From the NCBI GenBank assembly GCA_030637655.1, contig DAOWGI010000113.1, positions 1-25,024 on the forward strand: 25,024 nucleotides of DNA, written 5' to 3'. The stretch comes from a candidate division FCPU426 bacterium. Its GTDB lineage: Bacteria > Oederibacteriota > JAAXVQ01 > JAUVAV01. Positions 1 through 7,180 of this stretch are shown here, one piece after another. The translations under genes and the position numbers were made by a program. Under the pieces are notes generated by a model that was given only the letters and a program-made list of their open reading frames with translations, did no database searches and had not been told where the DNA came from. How positions within the stretch are numbered: position 1 is the first letter of the stretch; each line of letters begins with the position of its first letter.

Positions 1-224
1 CGATTTTTATTCGCCGGCCGGCGCTTTGTCTGCGGTTTCTTTGAGATTCCACCTCGTAATGGATACCCCTGTTGTCCAGCAGATACTTTACCCAGTCCGG
101 TAGGTAAAGGACTTCGGCGTAGGGAACGGTCGCGACCTAAGGTAATCCCATTCGTAGGGAACGGTCGCGACCGTTCCCTACAATTCATGATTTTTTTCAT
201 AATCGAGCGCCCTCTGCCGGGCAC
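1..224 (-). mobile_element. Degenerate 5' portion (domain I) of a group II (class IIC-like) intron, running off the left edge and interrupted by REP palindromes
   Basis: Minus strand starts GTGCCCGGCAGAGGGCGC at 224 (cf. IIC GTGCGCCCGGCA..GGGCG). It continues GAAGTCCTTTACC...GGGGTATCCATTACGAGGTGGAATCTCAAAGAAACCGCAGACAAAGCGCCGGCCGGCGAATAAAAATCG, matching my recollection of the IIC domain I consensus, and lies directly after a terminator hairpin + T tract. Confidence 0.7.
119..181. repeat. GTAG-type REP-like palindrome, one partial copy (119-137) and one full copy (154-181)
   Basis: gtagggaacggtcgcgaccgttccctac (154-181) is a perfect 28-bp palindrome; its first 19 nt are repeated at 119-137. 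Confidence 0.85.
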
Positions 225-263
225 AAGAAAATGGAGCCCCACGGGTTTGTCCGTCGGGCTCCA
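225..263 (-). terminator. Rho-independent terminator (intron IIC target)
   Basis: Minus strand TGGAGCCCGACGG-ACAAAC-CCGTGGGGCTCCA followed by TTTTCTT. Confidence 0.75.
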
Positions 264-785
264 CAGAATTAATTGTTTTGGAATTATTAAATAATTGGAT
301 TTCGCTGAATGATGAAAAACAGAAAATCATTCTAATAAAGTTTTTCAATAATTATATCAAGAAGAATAATCACGAATGTTTCCCTGCTAACTAGATATTC
401 TTGCCTTTTTATATGCTTTGTTGCCAAATTTTTACAATTATAATAATACTATTTATTTTAAAGCATTTTATTTATCCATATTATTTTTTTTCAATTCTGC
501 TTTACTTTTTGGAATTTCAAAACCCATAGTCGCAAATAATTAGCTAAAAACCAACCCTATTTAATTACCCCTAAAAGTATAATATTACGATTATTACAGA
601 AGGCAGTATAAGCGGAAGTGTAAATTTACCTGGTCATATACGCGCATATTCGTGACGAAGCAGGACGCGTCAGTGTCATTGGTAGGCAAGTTTGCCCCCA
701 CTCTGAATCACCTAAACCAGAACCGGAAAGATTATAAGAGTGATGTAGCTTTTCATCAAGCACGAACTTTTATCGAGCTGGCTCT

Positions 786-1195
786 ATAAAGATCGTCAAC
801 AGCCGTATGTGTCAGTGGCATGAGTCTCCAATCGTCGATGATCAGCAGGTCGGGCTGTTGGTTGCGGCTTTCCAGGGTATCCATGAACTCGGAAAACCGC
901 AAGGACCGGAGCAGGGGTTTAATTTGATGGCTTTGGTCCCCTCCTGTGGCATCGACTCGTGGTTTTTCCAGGTATGGGGGTCTTTTTCTAAGGGTAGTGG
1001 TCCAGATCGGTCATCCTCTCCGCAGGAGACACCCCGGCCCGGCGAGGAATGCGAACTTCCTGCTGCGGGGATGTTGCCTGCCGAAAAACAGTGCGACGCA
1101 AGGTGGAAGTTGGTACCACGGGCTTGCCCGTTGGGCTCCATAGTAGGTCCGACCGGCCGATGGATCATAAATGGACGCCTTCACAATGGCTGCTT
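786..1195 (-). pseudogene. Internally deleted IS21-family relic (istA and istB fragments)
   Basis: Minus-strand translation gives AAIVKASIYDP (1193-1161; IstA segment after the second catalytic Asp). It also gives HQIKPLLRSLRFSEFMDTLESRNQQ|PDLLIIDDWRLMPLTHTAVDDLY (929-786), an IstB N-terminus fused to the IstB Walker B region. The stretch is GC-richer than its flanks. Confidence 0.7.
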
Positions 1196-1239
1196 AAACG
1201 AGGTCAGCACCAGGGATATATTTTTTCAGAACACAACAT

Positions 1240-1268
1240 TTGACAATATCTCAATTTTATCCCACACT
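1240..1268 (+). promoter_or_regulatory. Possible sigma70 promoter for the hydrogenase operon
   Basis: Perfect TTGACA (1240-1245), 17-bp spacer, weak -10 CACACT (1263-1268), about 140 bp upstream of the first ATG. Confidence 0.3.
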
Positions 1269-1409
1269 CTGGTCATATCGTTTGTTTATCGTGTAAACCG
1301 CAAAAAAAAATTTCCCATTCCCCATTTTTAACTTTTTTTTTTAAATTATTTTATTTATAATAGATACACTTTTTAATAGTTCTTATTCTCCGACTGAGGC
1401 TTTTAGCCC

Positions 1410-2441
1410 ATGCTAAAATTACTCCCCCAAAATAGGTTGGATGAGTTGTTTCGGATAATAAGTCAAGACCGTTTGGTCTTCACGCATCAAGTGATTGAAG
1501 ATCAATTCTATTTAACATTTGTTCGTGAATGGGATCCCAGTAATCATACCTTGCCTGCCTATCGTCCGGTTCAACCCCTTAAATCTTTAGTCTTCCCTCC
1601 TCGTGAGGCATTAGGTATGCTCTTTCAAAAATCCGAGGTACCTTCTGTTCAAGAGCGCATAATTCTTGGCGTCAACAATTGTGATCTCCATTCCCTTCGC
1701 ATTCATGATTATGTCATGCAGCAAACAGAACCTGCTGACCCTATGTATTCCGTTCTCCGAGAAAGGACACTTATTGTCTCCATCGACTGTACAGCTTGTC
1801 GAGCCACTTGCTTCTGTACTGTGGTTGGTGAACAACCCTATCCGAAATCTGGGTTTGATATCAACCTTTCACCCATTAAAGAAGGTTATATAATTGAAAG
1901 CGGAAGCGCGAGAGGCGAGGCTTTATTGGAGCAATGTGCTCAGATTTTAGCCCCGGTCTCAGATACGCAAATTCAGGCTAGAGATAAGAAAAGACATGAT
2001 TTATCAGCCCAAATATCAAAACAATCCGCTGAAAAAGGCCTCAAACCTGAGTTGGATTTTCAGGCTGCAATACAAAAAACAGCAGAATCTGATCTTTGGA
2101 AATCATTTGCTCATGACTGTGTGGAGTGCGGTGCTTGTAATTTTGCCTGCTGTACCTGCCATTGTTTCTTACTGGTGGATGGCCAGGGTGATGCGAATCA
2201 GCCTTCCCGGGTAAAGCAGTGGGATTCGTGTTTGTATCAAAATTTTGCTCGTGTCGCAGGTGGTGCCAATCCCCGCGCTCATCGCGCTGAGCGGTTGTAT
2301 AATCGTTTTGATAAAAAGTTCAATTTCTTTCCTCAAGTGCTTGGTGGTTATGCTTGCGATGGTTGTGGCCGCTGCATTGAGGCCTGCACCGGGAAAATAG
2401 ATATCCGTGATGTATTAAAGAAGGCAACCGATGAATTATAA
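1410..2441 (+). CDS. AsrA / sulfhydrogenase beta (HydB) / FlxB-like iron-sulfur protein
   Basis: 343 aa; GVNNCD, CTACRATCFC, CVECGACNFACCTCHC, WDSC, VAGGANPR, CDGCGRCIEAC motifs typical of the AsrA/HydB family. Confidence 0.9.
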   Translation: MLKLLPQNRLDELFRIISQDRLVFTHQVIEDQFYLTFVREWDPSNHTLPAYRPVQPLKSLVFPPREALGMLFQKSEVPSVQERIILGVNNCDLHSLRIHDYVMQQTEPADPMYSVLRERTLIVSIDCTACRATCFCTVVGEQPYPKSGFDINLSPIKEGYIIESGSARGEALLEQCAQILAPVSDTQIQARDKKRHDLSAQISKQSAEKGLKPELDFQAAIQKTAESDLWKSFAHDCVECGACNFACCTCHCFLLVDGQGDANQPSRVKQWDSCLYQNFARVAGGANPRAHRAERLYNRFDKKFNFFPQVLGGYACDGCGRCIEACTGKIDIRDVLKKATDEL

Positions 2442-3258
2442 ACTCTATTTACCTACTGCTGCTATACTGGAAAAAGTGGAAGCAGAGACGCATAATATCA
2501 AAACCTTTTTCTTAAAACCCGCTGAACCCATTCCCTTTTTAGCCGGGCAGTTTGTGGAATTGACAATTCCCGGACTGGGCGAAGCGCCTTTTACCCCCTC
2601 CTCGTCTCCGGCTGTTCAAGATCGCATGGAAATTACCATTATGCGCGTGGGTACTGTTACTGAGCGTTTGCATGCTTTGCAGCCTGGCGCTCAGATCGGT
2701 ATTCGTGGACCTTTAGGTCAACCGTATCCTTTGGAAAACTTTAAAGACAAAGAGGTTCTCATTGTAGGCGGTGGTGTGGGACTGGCACCTTTGCGCGCCT
2801 TGCTCTTTGCCCTTTTTGCAGATCTGGATAACTATAAAAAAGTCATTGTCCGTTACGGTACCCGTACTCCTCAGGATATTATCTATAAAAAAGTAGTTGA
2901 AAAAGCCTGGGGTAAAGCAAAATCTCTGGATGTCATGGTTACAGTGGATAAGGGAGATGAGCAGTGGAAAGGCAATCAGGGAGTTGTCACCACGATTCTT
3001 GAGAAAAAATACCTTAAAGTCGCTCCTTCCAAGGGGGTGGCTGTGGTCTGCGGGCCTCCTATTATGATGAAGTTTGCCACCTTTAAACTGCTGAAAATCG
3101 GCTACGCGCCGGAGAATATATATTTGTCAATGGAAAAAAATATGAGTTGCGGTATAGGCAAATGCGGCCATTGTCGTCTGGGTCAGTATTATGCCTGCAA
3201 AGATGGTCCGGTATTTTCTTATGATCGAATTAAGGATTTGCCCCAAATTTGGGATTAG
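2431..3258 (+). CDS. AsrB / sulfhydrogenase gamma (HydG) / FlxA-like FAD/NAD(P)-binding [2Fe-2S] oxidoreductase
   Basis: 275 aa; GQF..GEAP (FAD), GGGVGLAPLR (NAD(P)), VCGPPIMM, MSCGIGKCGHC..CKDGPVF ([2Fe-2S]); overlaps the upstream gene by 11 nt. Confidence 0.93.
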   Translation: MNYKLYLPTAAILEKVEAETHNIKTFFLKPAEPIPFLAGQFVELTIPGLGEAPFTPSSSPAVQDRMEITIMRVGTVTERLHALQPGAQIGIRGPLGQPYPLENFKDKEVLIVGGGVGLAPLRALLFALFADLDNYKKVIVRYGTRTPQDIIYKKVVEKAWGKAKSLDVMVTVDKGDEQWKGNQGVVTTILEKKYLKVAPSKGVAVVCGPPIMMKFATFKLLKIGYAPENIYLSMEKNMSCGIGKCGHCRLGQYYACKDGPVFSYDRIKDLPQIWD

Positions 3259-3569
3259 GAGCTTCTGCAATTAGTTGCTCAGGTTCCAGAGCAATTGAGA
3301 ATAGAACAGAAGAGCAATAGAAAAAGCTCAATTGCGGTAACATGTCAGTGAACTGCGGTTAAACAAAAGTTGTCATTCCCGAGGGTTTAATCGGGAATCT
3401 GGTTTTTTAAACCATATCCCCGATACAAGCATTCGGGGATGACAGGGTGGGGACTGCATTCACGGATGACAAACAAAAAAACGCATGACTGACCTGTTAC
3501 CAATTGCGGTCTATTTTCTATTGTTCAATTGTTCAGGAATTTAAAAAATCGACTAAATGCTCAAGTTCC
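3258..3569. mobile_element. Composite MITE copy 1 (degenerate TIRs, TA flanks, nested inner elements)
   Basis: Ends GGAGCTTCTGCAATTAGT / ACTAAATGCTCAAGTTCC match the TIRs of 19625-19829; TA on both sides; an inner segment of about 110 bp is shared (inverted) with the 19.7-kb copy. Confidence 0.75.
3372..3443. repeat. GTCATTCCCG...GGGGATGAC triple-hairpin palindromic repeat (dRS3/REP-like)
   Basis: attcccga-N8-tcgggaat, tggttt-ttt-aaacca and atccccga-N9-tcggggat, closed by gtc/gac; second copy in inverted orientation at about 19658-19766. Confidence 0.8.
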
Positions 3570-3615
3570 TAATTATTCAAGCTCTTACGACAGTTATTAC
3601 ATGAGGAAATGTATT

Positions 3616-4107
3616 ATGACTCAAAAACGCATTGTGATTGATCTCTACAAATGTGATCAGTGTAAGCAGTGTGATGTCAAATGCGATTACTGGTATCGCC
3701 CCCATGCTTCTGATCACGGAATACTTGCACTCCGTGAAATGGTAACCTATCTGGTGGTCTGTCGCCGCTGTGAAAACCCAAATTGTGTGGCTGCCTGCCG
3801 CTTCGAGGCCTTGGAGCGCCAACCTGAGGGCCATATGCAGCGATATAACCTTCGCTGCGTAAGCTGCAAATCCTGTGTTCAGGCCTGTCCTTTTGGGACC
3901 ATTTACCCTGATACAGTACCATATTACACGGCCAAGTGTAATTTATGTGTCTCCCGGATTGGGCAGGAGTATCCTATTTGCATTGTAAACTGCAAAAATA
4001 ATGCTATTGAGTATAAAGAGGTCAGGGATTCAGAGAGTGAAGGACTTGTTATTATTAGCGAATATTTGGCTGTTCGTGCGCCACAATGGGTTAAAGAGAG
4101 TGTTTAA
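3616..4107 (+). CDS. HycB/HyfA/CooF-type 4x[4Fe-4S] electron-transfer subunit
   Basis: 163 aa from ATG 3616 (RBS GAGGA 3603-3607); 16 Cys in CDQCKQCDVKC, CRRCENPNCVAAC, CVSCKSCVQACP, KCNLC..CIVNC. Confidence 0.88.
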   Translation: MTQKRIVIDLYKCDQCKQCDVKCDYWYRPHASDHGILALREMVTYLVVCRRCENPNCVAACRFEALERQPEGHMQRYNLRCVSCKSCVQACPFGTIYPDTVPYYTAKCNLCVSRIGQEYPICIVNCKNNAIEYKEVRDSESEGLVIISEYLAVRAPQWVKESV

Positions 4108-5034
4108 ATGGATCACACAATGCTGCTTATCCAATTTTTAATCTTTCCGGGATTTCTGTTTGCCGCAACAATTGGTCTAGTCACTTCCTGGATTGATAGA
4201 AAAGTCACAGCCCGGGTCCAAATGCGGGTTGGACCTCCCTTCTTGCAGCCCTTTTATGACATTATTAAATTAATGATCAAAGAAACCCTGGTGCCGGCAG
4301 GTACCTCAAAATGGTTCTTTCTCTCAGCCCCTTTGCTTGGGATTACTGCTGTTTCCTTGGCTTCCTTGATTCTATGGCGCGTGTTACTCACGCCATCACA
4401 AACCTTTATGGGTGATCTCATTGTACTCATTTACCTGTTTACCATGCCGGCCATTGCCACGGTGCTGGGTTCTTTTGCCTCGCAAAATCCTTTGGCTTCC
4501 TTGGGTGGCAGCCGGGAAATGAAACTAATTTTAGCCTATGAATTGCCCTTTATCCTGGTACTTTTGGTTCCTGTCATCAAGCTCCAGAGTATCCGACTTG
4601 GAGACATTCTCCTGGGTACTGCTGCTGTGCACTCCATTTCCGGTGTTTTGGCGTTACTCGTAGCAATCCTATGCATGCAGGCCAAGCTGACCTTGGTTCC
4701 CTTTGATATGCCTGAGGCTGAGACAGAACTTACCGGTGGCGCTTACATTGAGTATTCCGGTCCGCCATTGGCCATGTTCAAGCTCACTCGCGCCATGATG
4801 CTGTTTACTCTGCCTATCTTTCTGATGACCGTATTCTGGGGCGGCATTCCTTTCGCTCAAGGTTGGCTGCCACTGTTTTTGGGCATACTTAAATATATTG
4901 CACTCGTGGTTATTATGGTTCTGGTTCGTAATACTGCCCCCAGAGTCAGAATTGATCAAGCCGTGAAATTCTTCTGGGGACCACTGACTATTATTGCCGT
5001 TTTAGCCGCGATATTAGCCTATTTGGGATGGTGA
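4108..5034 (+). CDS. Complex I subunit 1 family membrane anchor (NuoH/HycD/MbhM-like)
   Basis: DRKVTARVQMRVGPP, QPFYDIIKL, PFDMPEAETELTGG, EYSG, PRVRIDQ; multiple TM segments; coupled TAA-ATG start. Confidence 0.95.
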   Translation: MDHTMLLIQFLIFPGFLFAATIGLVTSWIDRKVTARVQMRVGPPFLQPFYDIIKLMIKETLVPAGTSKWFFLSAPLLGITAVSLASLILWRVLLTPSQTFMGDLIVLIYLFTMPAIATVLGSFASQNPLASLGGSREMKLILAYELPFILVLLVPVIKLQSIRLGDILLGTAAVHSISGVLALLVAILCMQAKLTLVPFDMPEAETELTGGAYIEYSGPPLAMFKLTRAMMLFTLPIFLMTVFWGGIPFAQGWLPLFLGILKYIALVVIMVLVRNTAPRVRIDQAVKFFWGPLTIIAVLAAILAYLGW

Positions 5035-5038
5035 TAAC

Positions 5039-5467
5039 ATGAGTTTTGCCGTAAATGCTTTAACCCGATCATTAAATGTGTTTCACTTGGCCGGTAGTGC
5101 CTGCAACAATTGCGATATTGAAATCTTAGCGACCTTGACTCCCAAATACGATCTGGAACGCTTTGGACTGGTACTTGTCGGTAGTATTCGGCATGCGGAT
5201 CTTATTTTACTTTCCGGAATATTTAATAAAAAATCGGCCATTCGCGTAAAAGAAGTATATGAACAGGCTCCCAAGCCGGTCGTGGTCGTGGCTATAGGCG
5301 GTTGTGCCTGTAGTGGTGGCATGTTTCGCGATTCCTACAATTGGGATCAACCGGTCAATAAATACATTCCCATTGATGCCTATCTTCCAGGTTGTCCCCC
5401 AAAACCGGAAGCCATGATTTCAGCAGTAGTGAAATTAATTACAAAATTACGAGGAAAAAAACTGTGA
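5039..5467 (+). CDS. Group 4 [NiFe]-hydrogenase small subunit (NuoB/HycG/MbhJ-like)
   Basis: SACNNCDIE, RHAD, IGGCACSGG, PGCPPKPE; four Cys for one [4Fe-4S] cluster. Confidence 0.95.
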   Translation: MSFAVNALTRSLNVFHLAGSACNNCDIEILATLTPKYDLERFGLVLVGSIRHADLILLSGIFNKKSAIRVKEVYEQAPKPVVVVAIGGCACSGGMFRDSYNWDQPVNKYIPIDAYLPGCPPKPEAMISAVVKLITKLRGKKL

Positions 5468-5958
5468 CCCGAGATGAAGTTTTAGCCATGGCTAAGAAAA
5501 ATTTAGGCAATACCATCATCGATTTTTACGAAAAATCGCAGCAGCGTGTTTCTATTGAGGTTAAACCTGAGGATATTCTCGAAACCACCCGGGTTATGTT
5601 CCACGATCTACATGCCAGGTTTCAGACTGCCTCTGGTGTGGATACACCCAACGGCATTGAAATCATCTACCACTGGGCCTTGGATCCCATGAACTGCGTG
5701 GTGAATGTGCGAACCAAACTCAAACGCGAGAACCCTGTCATTGATTCCTGCGCCAATCTGGTCAAAGCGACAGAGTGGATTGAACGTGAAATGTGGGAAA
5801 TGCTGGGAATCGAATTTACCAATCATCCGGATATGAAGCATCTGCTGCTTAAAGAGGATTGGCCAGAGGGTAAATATCCGTTGCGCCGTGATTATTTTAC
5901 GGAAATCGAAAATAAGAAAACCACAGAATCTGAAACCAACGAGGCTCGTCATGACTAA
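5464..5958 (+). CDS. NuoC/MbhK-like subunit
   Basis: GTG start overlapping the upstream stop (GTGA), RBS GAGGA; WIEREMWEMLGIEFTNHPD..LLL..DWP...YPLRRD. Confidence 0.93.
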   Translation: MTRDEVLAMAKKNLGNTIIDFYEKSQQRVSIEVKPEDILETTRVMFHDLHARFQTASGVDTPNGIEIIYHWALDPMNCVVNVRTKLKRENPVIDSCANLVKATEWIEREMWEMLGIEFTNHPDMKHLLLKEDWPEGKYPLRRDYFTEIENKKTTESETNEARHD

Positions 5959-7168
5959 GCGCACAATTATTCCAATTGGTCCCTACCATGCCTTGCAAGA
6001 AGAACCCGAATTTTTTAAACTCCATGTAGAGGGTGAAAAAGTAGTCGGTTTGGAGATCGAATTGGGCTACAACCATCGTGGTATCGAAAAATTGTCCGAG
6101 TCCAAACATTACGACCAAACCATCTTCTTGGTAGAACGGATTTGCGGTATCTGCTCCACTTCTCATCCCATTGCTTGTGTACAGGCCATTGAAGATGCCG
6201 GAGATATTGAAGTCCCGGAACGGGCTCTCTACATTCGTTCTCTGATTGGCGAATTGGAACGCATACATTCCCACATGCTATGGCTGGGACTGGCCGGTCA
6301 CTTCCTCGGTTTTAATACGATTTGGATGTGGGCTTGGCGGTATCGTGAAGATGTGTTGGATGTGTTTGAACTGATCACAGGTAACCGCAATCATTATGCC
6401 ATGATGAAAGCCGGTGGTGTACGGCGCGATATAAAATCCGAGGATATTCCGGCCATAAAAAAAATGATTGGCAATTTGGTTAAACCTTTGACTTTGTTTA
6501 AAAACGCTGTGGTGGATGATCCAGTCATTCACGCCCGTACCAAAGGAGTGGGCACTTTAACGGCCCAACAAATCATTGATTATGCTGCTTTAGGCCCGAC
6601 GGCCCGTGCTTCAGGTGTGTTGATTGACGTACGCCGCGACCATCCTCATGCTGCTTATGGTTTGGTTGACTGGGATGTCATAGTTGCCCAAAACGGTGAC
6701 GTATTTGACAAAGCCGTTGTCCGCATTTTGGAAATGTTTGAATCCCTTAAAATTATTGACCAATGTCTGGAAAAATTAAAAACCGTTACCGGTCCAATTG
6801 ATTCCAATCCGCGGGAAATCAAACCCGGTGAGGGTGTGGGACATTACGAAGCTCCCCGGGGTGAAGTTTTTCATTATATACGGAGTGACGGGACCAATCG
6901 TCCGGCCAGACATAAAGTCCGGGCACCCAGTTTTATGAATATTGTCACAGATCGTGAAGCGGTTATTGGTCAAACCGTATCGGATGCCACTATTATTTTG
7001 GCAGCGGTGGATCCCTGCTACTGTTGCACTGAGCGAATGGCTGCCATTGACGTCAATAGCGGGAAGAAAACTTTTACCTCAGCGGATATGATACGCTTAT
7101 CTCAAGCCAAGACTGAACAAGTGAAAAAGCAATTGGGTGCACCAGGTCCCCAAATAAAATTATTGTAA
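5951..7168 (+). CDS. Group 4 [NiFe]-hydrogenase large (catalytic) subunit (MbhL/HycE-like)
   Basis: 405 aa from ATG 5951; GPYHALQEEP, HRGIEK, L1 ERICGICSTSH, ELERIHSH, EAPRGE, L2 DPCYCCTER plus a C-terminal extension. All four Ni-ligand Cys are present, unlike in NuoD or Mbx/MBS. Confidence 0.95.
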   Translation: MTKRTIIPIGPYHALQEEPEFFKLHVEGEKVVGLEIELGYNHRGIEKLSESKHYDQTIFLVERICGICSTSHPIACVQAIEDAGDIEVPERALYIRSLIGELERIHSHMLWLGLAGHFLGFNTIWMWAWRYREDVLDVFELITGNRNHYAMMKAGGVRRDIKSEDIPAIKKMIGNLVKPLTLFKNAVVDDPVIHARTKGVGTLTAQQIIDYAALGPTARASGVLIDVRRDHPHAAYGLVDWDVIVAQNGDVFDKAVVRILEMFESLKIIDQCLEKLKTVTGPIDSNPREIKPGEGVGHYEAPRGEVFHYIRSDGTNRPARHKVRAPSFMNIVTDREAVIGQTVSDATIILAAVDPCYCCTERMAAIDVNSGKKTFTSADMIRLSQAKTEQVKKQLGAPGPQIKLL

Positions 7169-7180
7169 GGGATTCAAACC

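Noticed and set aside
119-181. CRISPR-like repeat-spacer-repeat
   Set aside because: Only one and a half units with a 16-bp gap, no cas genes, and a GTAG REP-type structure.
264-785. Possible small genes in the AT-rich region (e.g. minus-strand MGFEIPKSKAELKKNNMDK*)
   Set aside because: Frames are short and stop-riddled with no family I can support; at most a decayed gene.
807-1331. 174-aa + strand ORF and overlapping 108/65/64-aa ORFs
   Set aside because: No recognisable motifs; the region is better explained as minus-strand IS21 fragments read in another frame.
1410-3258. Anaerobic sulfite reductase (asrAB) or group 3b sulfhydrogenase
   Set aside because: No AsrC siroheme subunit and no group 3b alpha/delta genes; the adjacent hydrogenase is complex I-like (group 4).
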